Position numbers and translations under genes: made by a program
Notes under the pieces: generated by a model
The model's database searches: none
Seen by the model: the letters and a program-made list of their open reading frames with translations, nothing else
What the model was told of the DNA's origin: nothing
Part shown: positions 27,056-39,849 of the stretch, piece after piece
Layout: every line of letters starts with the position of its first letter
Position numbering within the stretch: the first letter of the stretch is position 1
Assembly (NCBI GenBank): GCA_965235115.1
Contig: OZ249436.1
Span: 42,720,001 to 42,784,000 of the forward strand
DNA from: Laetmonice hystrix
Taxonomy: Eukaryota
Reading direction: 5' to 3'
DNA: 64,000 bases

Positions 27056-27726
27056 GTTGCTTACCTCACCTAGGCATAAATTATTCAGAATTTCTTGATT
27101 TTAGAACCTTAAATTATTTAATGTGTGGGCCTGAGGTTTCTAAGACTTAGCAGCCTATGGCATTTCCATTTGACTTCTAATTTCAATATGCATTTTGATT
27201 TAGAATAATCCGATGATAATTTACAATTACACTGGGTCTGTGTGAGGTAACAATGACCACACTAGCCTACCTGGCAGGACGTAGGCATAGCCATAGGGCC
27301 TAGTACTAGTACCGGGTAGTAGTAGCAGCGGCGGCAGAACAGATAATAGCGGGGGGGGGGGGGGGCACTGTGCAAAAATTTCTATCAGGCCAAAGGAAAA
27401 TACGTTTGGATAGAATTAAAAAACAACACAAAAAAACAGGGTCTTGATTACCCCATAGCATAGATAATAATCCACAATCTCGTAAGCCATAATAAATCTT
27501 CATATTTTATTGGGGGGCCAGGCCCCCCAATAAAATTATTGGGGGGACCAGTGCCCCCCTGTCCCCAAAGGCAAAGCCAAGGCCGACTTCGTAAGTCGGG
27601 TCGGGGGGGGGGGGGTGCAACCCCTGTATAACCTCCCCCTCCCCCGGCTCTGACTCCGCCACCGGCCCACTGCCACGGCACTGGTACTGTGGTACTGGTA
27701 GTGGTACTGGCCACTGCCACCACAGG

Positions 27727-27913
27727 ATACACGGGGCAATTCGTCGCATGCGACGCGTTGCATGCAACCAGTCGCCCCGTGTATCTGCCTGCGTCGCGTC
27801 GCCTGAGGGAGGGCGACGCGTCGCCCAAAATTCCAACATGTTGGATTTTGGGGCGACGCGTCGCCTCCCCCTGAGGCAACGCGGTTGCATGCGACGAGTT
27901 GCCCCGTGTAGAT
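27727..27913. repeat. GC-rich palindromic, MITE-like element
   Basis: Arms TACACGGGGCAA..GTCGCATGC and GGCGACGCGTCGCCC mirrored around CAACATGTTG (about 27838). Confidence 0.65.
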
Positions 27914-28535
27914 ACTCTGTGCTGCCACTGCCACTGACATTATCGATGACGGTGGCTAACTTGTACGTTGTAGGCCAGCACTAGATCTAGGCCTATCAGT
28001 ATGATGATGGTTGTAATGTAGGTAGGCAAGAATATTGTGATGGGACCCATTGATCACATCAGTCATCACAATATTCTTGGCGTAGGCCTAACGTTAGTCT
28101 CTCTAGGCCTAACGTCGGGACCCTACCGCCATGCCTCGAATCAATCATACCAAGGATTATAGACTCTCTATAATGATCATACTTCATAGATCTTTGAGTT
28201 GACACGACCTCGGATGCAGTGCCCCCAAGTTCAACCCTCTTTTTGCGATAGGCCTAACGTTAGGCCTAGTCTACGCTAGTAAAGCCAAAAACTTGAAAGT
28301 TGAGTTGAGTTGAGGTCTAGGCTACGTTCCTCTCACCCCTGCTGCAGTGCAGATATTCGCGGCATGAAATTTTCAGGGTGATCATAATCGGCTGGCCCAA
28401 AAAGGCTTGGGCCTAGGCCTAGGCCTAAAACTAAAAGTAAAACCAACCACAGCTCTGCTGATGAGTCCGGCACTTGGCGCTTTATGATCATTCTACGCTC
28501 TAGCCTACATGCTCTACGTCAAAGCCTCCGCACCA

Positions 28536-28551
28536 CACTGCCACCTAGTGG
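28536..28551 (-). promoter_or_regulatory. CTCF-like motif
   Basis: CCACTAGGTGGCAGTG closely matches the CCASYAGRKGGCRS consensus. Lies between the divergent CCDC33 and SLC22 genes. Confidence 0.5.
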
Positions 28552-29008
28552 AAGCTTTAGTAACGAAAGAGCACTGGCCCGAGAAGCTGGGAGCACTACG
28601 CCTACGGTGACTAACGTAACCTAGGCCCACTGATGGGCCTTTTACCCCTCAATAATTGTAAAGACCTATATTTTGGATTAACAAATTGTTTTATTCTTTA
28701 CAGGATATTGATTGGCATAGTACTGATAAAAATGCCCAGCATAATAGTATAGGCCTATAACGAAAGACAGATCGTTGTTCGTATGGAGATAACAGCGTTA
28801 AAAATGCATGCCTTCATGCAGTAAAAATGGGCGAGTCCCTGAAATCCATGTCCACACGGTATGGCATATACCCACTGGGCGTGGTTTTACCCACACTAAG
28901 GGGTAAAACGCCCTTCAGGTTAAATTTTTATAAAGTAGTGAAACTGTTGTCATTAAATGTATACGAATAGATTGGTTTGTGGGTGACAGAATGTAGCCCA
29001 TTAGTGTA

Positions 29009-30532
29009 GGGGAGACCGGGGAGAAATGGCACACTAGGATCAGCTCTTGCATGACATTGGGTAAGGTCAAATCTAAGAGTTAAATGGGTGTTAACGCTAG
29101 GTATTAAGAAAGTGTTCTATAAATCGAAAATTTGACCTCGTCCTGGGTGTTTACTTAACACTGAGTTAACACTGTCTCAACAACGTGTTAACACCTAAAA
29201 CACACCTTGTAAACACCTAGATAACTCAGGTGTCCCCTTAATCTCAGTAAGGTCCCAGGTGTCTTTGGAATTACCATAGAAAACCTATACCTAAAGTGTT
29301 AACCGCCTGTGGGTTAACACCTGAGACAGGTCAAAACTCGGAGTCAAGCTTATTAATTATTCCACTGGTAGGAGTGGCGACCAGGTGTGACTGATGTGTC
29401 AGGTAAGTGTTACCTGAGTTTTATCAAAGTATTAACTGGGTGTTGTCAAAATGTTAACTGGAGCCCGGTGTAAAAGGTTCAGGTTAACACTTTTTCCTGA
29501 GATAACACCTGGATAATCCAGGCGTATAGTTAACTCTCATAATTGACCTCACCCATTGTGTGTTCACTATTTCTAGATTATCAAGAATAATCAAATGTTT
29601 CTGTTTTTTGAAGGAAGAATAATGATAGCCCCTTGCTTTGTACTATTCATTAATACCACAATTTGATTCAGTTTTGCGCATTGCCGTATTTTTCTTTCAG
29701 TTTACATGACATGGGCCCAGGGGAGAAATGGGACACCCCCAGGGAGAAATGGGACACCACCTTGGGAGAAATGGGACAAGGCAGATACAGTTGCTATGAA
29801 GCTATTATCTGCTACTATAATTATGTTAATTTTACTTTGCTTTGATCAATATTAATATATTTGTTCTGATACAAGATCAACACTGCATATATATTCCAGT
29901 CTTTTGAAGAGATGGAAGCAGTTTGAGAGTGCCAGGGGGAAATGGGACACTGCTGTGGAAGAACAGGGAGAAATGGGACACCTGCAGGGCCGTAGCCTGG
30001 TCAAAATACGTGGGGGCGGGGCAGTAGGCATGCTGAATGATAGCGCCTCAAAGCTCCAGTCGAGCTGGTCCGGGGTGTGGGTAAAAAAAAAAATCTGGAA
30101 ATCCCAGGGGGGCAGCTGCCTCCTGCCCCCCGCACGCTATGGCCCTGACCTGTGTCCCATTTCTCCCCAGGGTCACTTCGAGAAAAAAATGGCGGTCATT
30201 GCATTTGTAATCAAGAGACATAATTAAAACATGCACCCTTGCCCCCTTAAATGTCATCTTGTTGCACTGTAATCACACTACCTTTATCAAGTGAGAAGTT
30301 AGGGCACAGTAGAAATAAATTTCAAGTGTAAAAAAAAAGTTTTAGAGGCAAAAATGTGTCAATTCATGCTAGTACTTGCCCACTCTATGTTATGATGCCC
30401 CCAAGACCACATGGACAGGACCGGATTTAGGGCAGAAGACACGTGCTAGTTTGAACCTGATTTGATATTGAATTTTGATAAAATGAGAGGGTGTCCCATT
30501 TCTCCCCTGTCCCATTTCGCCCCGGTCTCCCC
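29009..30532. mobile_element. pogo/Tc1-like non-autonomous transposon with TA TSD and a nested MITE (29059-29554)
   Basis: TA|GGGGAGACCGGGG ... CCCCGGTCTCCCC|TA with repeated GGGAGAAATGGGACAC motifs. Nested TIR GGGTAAGGTCAA / TTGACCTCACCC with ATT duplication. Confidence 0.8.
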
Positions 30533-30639
30533 TATATATGGTTTGATTTACATGGGTTCATGGTTATCGCCACTTTACATCTCAGATTCCCTACTTGGCC
30601 TTGGAGTGGGCGTTTTACCCCACCTTACCCTACTCTGTA

Positions 30640-31210
30640 GATGACAATAGAGGATTATTTTCGGACACACAATCAGCAGGAAAGTTCCTTGATTTAGTAA
30701 CATTATTCGGAAAATACTCGAACCGATGTGGCTCGGGTCTAGGAAAGACTCTGATGATAAACCTTTCGATATTAATTGGAAAAAACAAAAGTTTAAAAAT
30801 CCTAGGAATTATGTGATGAGTCACGACATGCAAACAAGAAATATACAAAGCAAATTATAAAGTTAAAAAGGAGGCGCTCAAAACAACACTGAACATCTGG
30901 AAAAGGAGAGATTTGACTTGAAACGTAATTAGTAAAATGTTAGGGCTATCCAAGTTTAATTATGTAGGCCGATAATATTGGCTATAAGCATGCGCTTAGG
31001 CCTACTATGGCAAACAACATTATTTGGAATTTTATTTGGAAAGGGGAAAAACGGCGGAAAATTAAAAGAGAAGTCTTAATAGGCCTATGTGAATATGAAA
31101 ATGGAGGAAGATGCTCGATTGAAAAACACATATCAAAACTTCAAGTATAAAATGTCTAAAATGTTATCTCTATGGGGCAGACCACGACTGGAAAATTTTT
31201 CTACAATTAG
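30640..31210 (+). pseudogene. Degenerate L1/Tx1-type LINE ORF2 (post-RT) fragment
   Basis: Frameshifted peptides WLGS..D..KPFDINW, LKILGI, LNIWKRRDLT, SKMLGLSKFNY, IWNFIWKG, EYENGG. Confidence 0.7.
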
Positions 31211-32501
31211 GCATATAGAGGTATAAATATTTTAATCCATAGAAAACAAACTGTTGACCCAGTTACCCCTATTATCAGCAAGAATAATGAAAGCTTGGTT
31301 AGAAGTTGGGTATAGAAATAAAGGGTTGGCCTAGGTACCCCCATGATGCCAGATGGCATTTGTGGGGCATTGCCAATGGCACGGAGGAGGAACGTGCCTG
31401 ATAGCGATAGACAAGTTTGATGTGAGGAGGGATAGGGCACTATCAGTAATAGTGTAGCAGTGCAGCATTGGCAGTGCAGCAGCCTTATCTCCTTGACGAA
31501 CCGGTGTGTATCTGTGTGTGGCCTCCCCAGAAAATTTTTCAATTTAGAAGGCCCAAAAACGCTATTCCCTGGCATCTGGAGATAGATATTGTGGAGTTAC
31601 CAAGGCATTTAGGTAAAGTTGAGGTCTGTAGCAGAATTTACGTGGATATTAAAAATTCTGGGTCTAAAGTGTGTGTGTGCCTATTTTTGACGTATTTTTG
31701 CCTCCCCCACCCTGAGAAGTGGGGGGGGGGGGCCCTGGCCCCGCGCTTCCTACGCCTGGGGAGTAGGCTACATTTGCAGGCCAGTAGGCCTATACATGCA
31801 ACACCGGCACAAAATGATAACTCTGGAGTCAGCTGGGGGTGGTCGGTGGTTTAAGCCCCTAAAGCCACCCCCCCCCCCCCCCCGATCCGCCACTGGGCCT
31901 GCATGTATTACTTGTTATTGGACGTCTCAGTTTTGTTTCTGCTCTTGGCAGAATATAGGTTGAGGATATTGATCGTCAGGGGCCACCTTTGAGAGACAGA
32001 GACTCTTGGGCCTATTCAGCATGCAGTGTAGGCCTATAGACTATTTGGGGAGGAATAGACCAACTATTATAATACTTTGTGTTTTTAGGATGGGGATGAC
32101 GGAGGTTCCCTTATGTTGATAGGTGACTTCGCATTTTTAGGCTTTATGTGTGGGACAACAGCTTAGAACTAATGAAAGCCGTGTATACAACGACGACATT
32201 TCTACACAGGTAAGCACCAATCGTGGCCGTTATATTATAAGGCCACCCGTATAAAACAGATAACGAGGACTGGTAAACATAATATAGCCTGTAGGGTAAC
32301 ACCTGGCACAGTACGTCGACCTAGCAGGCTCCTGGCAATTACCATAATAGATTTAGGTCACTGTTTTTACCACTGATCAAGTTATTCGATTGATGCACGT
32401 AAAGCCCCGAATTTCGATGGAAACGGGCGTAAGCTGAAACGGGCGTAAGCTGAAGTATGGCTCTCAACAGGGGGTCCTTTATGTTACTAGGATACAACAC
32501 A

Positions 32502-35500
32502 ATGAAGTACGACGAGCTTCTGACTAAACTGGGCGAGTTTGGTCGCTACCAGCAGTTTCAGTACTTCCTGGTGTGCCTCATCGCCATTACGTCTTCATTT
32601 CATTCCATGAATATGGTCTTTGTTGGACCCACTCCGGAGTATAGGTAGGTATATATCCTATTAAGGTTTCCTTGTAGCCTGCTTAAGGTCCTACATTTAG
32701 ACCAACAGGCGTCGATAAAAAGTACTTGTAATAACGCACGTTATCTCTGGATAGGTCCAATGTCGAGTCAGAAAGTGCGGGCTAGACAATATATCGGGTG
32801 ATAGGCAATGGATTTTGGTCAAGGCTCCAGCTTTCTGTTCGGTCACCCCCCCCCCTTCCGTATAGTCCAGCTTCCAAATTATGGCATCTATTCGTTTTGT
32901 CGTTCAGATGTTTAATCAAGGACCCTCCCGAACAATGGGAGAACCTGACAATGTCTCAGAAACACAATCTGAGTTACCCCTTGGAGAAGGACAAGTCTGG
33001 AAAGATGGGGCTGAGTCGGTGCTTGATGTTCAACCTGTCTGAGACCAACTGGGACGAGGGCAACTACACGACATGGATGGAGAGCGAACGGGCGAACGTA
33101 TCGTGTCCTGACGGGTGGTGGTATGCTACCGATGTCTACAAATCTACCATTGTCTCCGAGGTGGGGATACTCTAAAACAATATTTGTGTGTTCTACATTA
33201 TCCGGACATAATGGCCAGCAACCCAGGCACATGTGTTTAGATACTATCAAAACCAATGATTTCATAATAACAATAATGATTACTTTTGTGGGAGTTTATT
33301 TTTCATCCAAATGTACATAGAACGCAAAATAATATATATAAACGCAAAAACTGTTGAGTATCGTGAAAATGACTCAAACAAGTGAGACATGCTTTGATTC
33401 TCGACTGGACACAGTGGGACCTCGTGTGTGACAGCAAGGGCCAACGCGCATTAGGATCGACCCTCTTCTTCTTTGGTCGGTTGATTGGCGCACTTATCTC
33501 TGGGCAGGCCTCCGACAGGTGGGTAAAAATCACGCCTGTATCTCAATCATATAATCACGGTGTGGAGCATTGGACAGGGCCAGCGAGGGAAATAGTATTG
33601 GCAGAGCATTCTGACGGGGGCATGTTGTGAATACTGGATGTTGGAGGCGGCCCCATGCCCGGAAGTAGATGGTGCCACGCCCAGCCAGGAGAACATTAAC
33701 CTGTACAAAAACAAATGTACAATGCTGGCATGGTTTTACTGAACTTTATGAATTATTACTCACCCAGCAAATACACTCACCTACCATACCTCGGTGTACT
33801 AAGTACACCTACACCACATACCCATCATGACGTGTATATAGTCACTGACCATACCGCACCGCACCAGGTACACCTACACCACATACCCATCATGTGACCA
33901 TACCGCAGCGCACCAGGTACACCTACACCACATACCCATCATGTGACCATACCGCAGCGCACCAGGTACACCTACACCACATACCCATCATGTGACCATA
34001 CCGCAGCGCACCAGGTACACCTACACCACATACCCATCATGTGACCATACCGCAGCGCACCAGGTACACCTACACCACCCATCATGTGTAGTCACTGACC
34101 ATACCGCAGCGCACCAAGTACATACACCTACACCACATACCCATCATGTGTAGTCACTGACCATACCGCAGCGCACCAAGTACACCTACACCACATACCC
34201 ATCATGTGTATATACTCACTGACCATACCGCAGCGCACCAGGTACACCTACACCACATACCCATCATGACGTGAGTCACTGACCATACCGCAGCGCACCA
34301 GGTACACCTACACCACATACCCATCATGACGTGAGTCACTGACCATACCGCAGCGCACCAGGTACACCTACACCACATACCCATCATGACGTGAGTCACT
34401 GACCATACCGCAGCGCACCAGGTACACCTACACCACATACCCATCATGTGTATACTCACCTATACTTTTACCTGTAGACCGTTCTAAAGGTAGTAAGCTT
34501 GTTCTACAGATACGGCCGGCGTCCCGTCTTCTTTGTGTCCGTATTTCTGCTTATTCTCATTGGCTGCGGCGCGGCGTTATCGCCCTTCCTATGGTTGTTC
34601 TACGTTCTCTATTTTCTTCAAGGAGTGTTCCAGGTTTCCGTCTACCTTTCCTCTTACGTACTTGGTACGGGCCCTTTCAGCTTCATGTACGAGTCATGAA
34701 ATTTATTAAAAAATAGTTTGATGGGACTGTGTTCCACTTTATTTTGACGTTAATTCTAAAAACAAATGAGCATATATTAAACCTGATAGAATGATGGATG
34801 GATCACTCTTTTTACATGCTTGTTTGAAAGGTACTGAATTGGTGGGTCCATCCTATCGGAAGTTGGCGGGAATGGGAAACAATTTCTTCTATGCCATTGG
34901 ACAGATGATCCTTGCTGGGCTCGCCTTTGGTATCCAAGATTGGCGCTGGATCGAAGTGGCTATAAGTCTACCAGCATTGCTGTTCTTCTCCTACTACTGG
35001 TAACGGCTCATGCAGTCGGCCACTCGTTTTGTTGGTTAAGAAATGGATAGACCATGTATATACGGTCGATCCGCTTTCTTCAAATTCATAAAATGTTTGC
35101 ATGGCTATACTCAAAAATTCGCTGCTATCATACAAATCATTATCGCAGGAAAATCGCATGCTTTTCGGTTCTGCGGGACCATGGGGTTTTAATCGGAGGG
35201 ACACTGGTAATATAGTGTGTTTTGGGCGTTGTTGGGCAGGTTGATGCCGGAGTCTGTCCGTTGGCTCCTCAGCCAGGGTAGGCGGGTGCAGGCACTGACC
35301 ATCCTGGAGAAGTTGGCTCGTACCAACCGTGTGGACGTGGACCGAGCCGAACTGGAGCAGGTGGATGGCGGCAGCCCCGACACCAATGCTGGGGGAGCCA
35401 AAACCTATACCGTCATTGACATTTTGAAACGGTGGAGTTTAGCGAAAATTGCCCTCAATGTCTGGATAAGTTGGTAAGATGGTAAAGTCAATAATCATTA

Positions 35501-36846
35501 ATAAATAAAAGGACGGAGGGCCGCCTGAATGATTTTTTTTCTCACAGAACCCCCTTCAAAATTATGGATCCGCCCCAAGCCCAATGTATCAACAACTTTT
35601 ACTCCATGTTTAACCGTGTTATTGGATGCAGGATGGCCAACGCCCTGGTTTACTATGGTATCAGTCTCAACACGTCGAACCTGCCCGGAAGTCCCTACCT
35701 CAACTTCTTCATCTCCGCATGCGTGGAGATACCTTCCGTTTTGCTGAGCTTCGTCCTCCTGGACCGTTTGGGAAGACGGCCCGTATACATTGCTTTTCTC
35801 CTTTTTGGAGGCTTGTCATGTTTTAGCACGGCTTTCGTACCCTCAGGTAAATACAAATGTTCAAAGAAAGGAATTTCAGACTGTTTAGAAAGCCTTTTGA
35901 AATGCAGAAATTGAATATAAAATTAATTACACAATTTATTAGGAATACTAGTAATAGGTCTTGCATGCGTAACGATGCCGATATTGCTATACCACCGACT
36001 TCTTTCAAATGCCTCGACATCATTTCAGACTTACAATGGGTGAAAACAACACTCTCTATGGTTGGCAAGTTTGCCATCACGGCGTCCTATGCAATCATCT
36101 ACCTAGTCGCAGCAGAGGTCTTTCCAACTGTAGTCAGGTATTTCAATCTCATGCATACCGTACCGACTATAATTCATCCAAAGTCAACGACACAATTGTT
36201 ATACAGTAGAATGCAAAATACGAAGACATGATCCTAATATATAGGGTTTTGAAAGTTATATGAGCATGAATTATTATTAGAATGATTTTTAAATCTATTT
36301 TAATCAAACAAGTAAAAACGAAAAACATGTAGGCCTAGATCACAGAATATTCGAAAAAGAAAGGGGAAACTCCTGCTTCAGGAATGTGGGTGTTGGCATG
36401 GCGTCGGTTTTCGCCCGGATTGGTGGCATGATCGCACCACAAATAGTTCTACTCGATGAGGTCAAGAGTTTCCTGCCACTCACCATCTTCGGAATCCTTG
36501 CTCTGGTTGCGGGATTGTTAGGACTCCTACTGCCGGAAACCTCAGGCAGACCCATGGCTCAGGGGCTCGATGACAGTGCTGAAGAAGGGTATGTTGAATA
36601 CTATGGAGCTCTCTGCTTATGACTTCTTTTGTTCATTAACCCGTTATTACGACTTAATGACGTCACTAAGTGGTAATTTCGAGATCATCACAGTTGTTTT
36701 TCTCAGAAACGATTTTTTTCTTCATCTCCCCAACAGGGCTCCGTAAACTTCTGTGCATTCTCATTTGTATTTGTTGTAGGAAGCAGGGAGAACCCACTCC
36801 CGATGATGAAACACCAGCAGGAAAAACTGAAGAAACAATTTTTTAA
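32502..36846 (+). CDS. SLC22-family organic cation transporter (Orct-like), 10 coding exons, about 551 aa
   Basis: Exons 32502-32644, 32908-33160, 33415-33518, 34510-34664, 34831-34999, 35240-35473, 35632-35846, 36029-36137, 36382-36588, 36780-36846 (1656 nt). Motifs LGEFGRYQ, STIVSEWDLVC, SDRYGRR, ELVGPSYR, PESVRWL, DRLGRR, EVFPTVVRN, LLPET. AATAAA near 36976. Probable non-coding exon ending at 32208. Confidence 0.95.
33805..34455. repeat. Intronic minisatellite with 49-60 bp units, about 12 copies
   Basis: Core TGACCATACCGCAGCGCACCAGGTACACCTACACCACATACCCATCATG. Confidence 0.95.
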
Positions 36847-37466
36847 ATGATAGAACTCGCTCATGGTGGTTTTAAGATTGCCAAACGCGCATTTGGTTAA
36901 ATACTTGGTTAAACCTGGACGAGCGGCTTAGGACTCTTAGTTTCTCCACTCCACCCACACCCCTCCCACACAACAAATAAAATCTCTCCTCTGCTATAGT
37001 GCAACTTTTGAACCTACACCACCATCATAGCCGACCAATTCTGGTTTGGCCCGTCTTTTGTAAAAGGCTGCAAACAGATCTCACAAATTATATGGTGAAC
37101 GATGCAGCATTGGAACTTTCAAAAGACGTGTGAAAAATGTTCTTCTGACAGAATACCTTCCTTAAATGCCTTAAAGGGGATCGCTCGACTATGATCTTTT
37201 GTGGTTGACCATAGGCCTATATCTTCGTAGGACGGACAAGTAGACCATGGGCTATAGGAGAGGGTCCACATGCACCCCCAAGGACTAAACTTTGCTGCTA
37301 TATTCTAGTTCCCCTTGACTCGCGTATGTTAAATATGTTAAAGCGTATGTTAAAGCGACGGTCTCGTACCATGGTATGGTGGTGACATACACACACATAA
37401 ATATATGTGTGGGTGTAGGGCAATAAACAGCTCAGTACACACACCCACACAAATTTGTGTGTGTGC

Positions 37467-37545
37467 GTGTATTAAATACAAAAACTTTTTGTATTTAATA
37501 CAAAAACTTTTTGTATTAAATACAGAAACTTTTTGTATTAAATAC
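37467..37545. repeat. 22-bp quasi-palindromic tandem repeat, about 3.5 copies
   Basis: GTATTAAATACAAAAACTTTTT repeated. Confidence 0.8.
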
Positions 37546-37579
37546 CGTATTTGGGTTTTCATAGCAGGAAAATTACTCC

Positions 37580-38065
37580 ATTATGGCCCCAAGCAAACGG
37601 CGAGGTCGAGAGATTTATGAGAACTCTTGGTAGAGCAATACGACAGCTATAGTAGAGAGAAAGAACTGGCGACAGGAGCTTTATACATTTTTATGCCAAT
37701 ACCGTGATGCGCCACACAGCAGTACAAATGTTTCACCAGTCGAAGCATTGAACCGAAGGCGAATTAGAGTGCAGTTACCAGAGACAAAAGGTACACAGGG
37801 TAGGAAAGACAAAAGTCTAGATATCCCAAAAGAGGACAAGGAAAGTAAACTGAGAATGAAGATGTACGCAGATGCAAAGCGTCAAACAGGTACATCCCAG
37901 ATAGCAGCAGGAGATACAGTTTTAGTAGGACAAACTGAAACAAACAAATTTTCAACTCCATACAGCCCAGATGTTCTCAAAGTTCACGCTAGAAAAGGGA
38001 GTATGATAACAGCCAAAAGAGGTACACAGACTGTAACCAGAAATGTATCACACTTTAAACAGTGA
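37580..38065 (+). pseudogene. Gypsy-type LTR retrotransposon integrase C-terminal fragment
   Basis: LWPQANGEVERFMRTL, frameshift, then YRDAPHSSTNVSP..LNRRRIR, KMYADAKR, GDTVLV, KGSMITA..VTRNVSHFK. Confidence 0.85.
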
Positions 38066-39211
38066 AGACTGAAGTGCTCTCTTTTTTATGAGCAAACGTA
38101 CGTGGCGAATACTATGCAAAAATTCTAGTAGCGAATTACAATACCAGATATGCATCTGGTTGCTGAAAGTCTGAAAATAGGCAAGTGTACATGGTTCAAA
38201 ATTATGACCCATATCCGCCACCTGCTTGTAGTGATTAGAAAACTATATACCCCACCTGACTCTAGTGATTAGGGCCCTATGTACCTCACCTGACTGTAGT
38301 GATTAGGCCCCTATGTAACCAGTGAGGCCAAACAGTACAGTGAGGGCAAACAGTACAGTGAGGGGCCCCTACACTACTGGATACCGTTGTACGCAAGAAA
38401 ACAGTACAGTGAGGCCATACAATACAGAGATGGCAAAAAGTACAGTGAGGCCGAACAGTATACAGGGAGGCTAAACAGTTCAGTGAGGAGTCCCTACATG
38501 GTACTGGCTGCCTTAGTACCCAAGCAAACAGTAGGGTGAGGCCAAACAGTACAGTGATGCCAAACAGTAAGGGAGGCCAAACAGTACCATTTATCTGTAG
38601 CGAACGTACATGACGGAAATGTTTTACAGTTATTTTGAATACTTTCAAGAGGCACGCGATATTTTTACAATGCCAACAGATGGATGTAGTCATACTACAT
38701 GGTTTTGATATAGAAATACTTCGATGCCCCTTAAACAGTGAAGACTGAAGTGCTCTCTTTTTTTATGAGCGAACTTACGTGACGAATACTATGCCCCCGC
38801 CCCGCCTGTCAGCTTATATATCGGGTGTATAAAAAATGCCCCCCAATTCAAGTTTGCATCTAAAAAATTACAGACTATAATTCAATGAAATTTTTCAGCC
38901 TATAACTCCGACATGCTGTTGTTGGTATGTAAAAGTTATACTTGCTTGGTTGTTTTTATCTGTGTTTAGGCGGGCTGTTTTTAGCAAAGCTTGGTTTGGG
39001 TGATTTTCCTATTTGTTTAAATTCAAAACATGCGTGGATGGTTGTCTTTAGCAAAGCTCCTTTAGGGCGATCCTTCTAATATTGTTGTCAAAAAAGAATT
39101 TTCTTTCTAGACAGGTCAATTGTTTGGTAGGTGCTATAGGGCAAATAGGCTATTCCGGTTTTTTTTGGCCACCATGTATAGGCACGTCTTGACTTGAAGG
39201 AATAAAATATT

Positions 39212-39335
39212 TTTTAGATGTGGGATTTGAACACACGCCCGCACATACGTGGACCAGAACACCCAAATCCCTATGAATTTATAGGGAAGGCTTTAACCTT
39301 GAGTCTGGCGCCTTAGACCACTCGGCCATCCTGAC
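39212..39335 (-). tRNA. tRNA-Leu(CAA) with 38-nt intron (39260-39297), probable pseudogene
   Basis: GTCAGGATGGCCGAGTGGTCTAAGGCGCCAGACTCAAG-intron-TTCTGGTC.., but the T-stem (GTGTG/CCCAC) and 3' acceptor strand (ATCTAAA) are mismatched. Confidence 0.8.
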
Positions 39336-39849
39336 ATTTCAGTTCTAGTCGTTTCCCAGATCGAGGTATATTTTAAGGCCTCTACACCATTATCAGCTAT
39401 ACTTCAATAAAATAATAAAATATTATATACTATATAATAAAAGGTTTCGCTGATTTTTTTCGGATTTCAACCGTTTGTTCCTATTCCTTTACCAGACATA
39501 GAAAATGGTTTAGGCCAGCTCAGTTTCACTTATTGAAAGGATTTACTGTTCGCTCCATCTTTAGGCATATGTGCATGATGTAAACCCCTCCAAAGGCCTT
39601 GACGGTATACGGGTAGCATAGAAAGGCAACGTTGTCCCGTCCTGAGGAGCCCTTCTGGATGTTTTCCTGCTAGCAAATATGATTCGTATATAGGCGTATT
39701 ATTTTCACAGACTGACTCTACAACATCTATGTAGGCTATTTGCCTGTCTGTTTGTCAGTTCCACTGTCAGTATATATTAATTAGAATTTCCACGACACTT
39801 TTTGTGTGCGTTTTATTTATAGCGTTTAACACTAATCTTAGGAGCCCGG

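Noticed and set aside
32457..32501. Upstream ATG extending SLC22 (MALNRGSF..)
   Set aside because: Lies across a likely acceptor (ttactag at 32490). MKYDELL at 32502 matches the usual SLC22 start.
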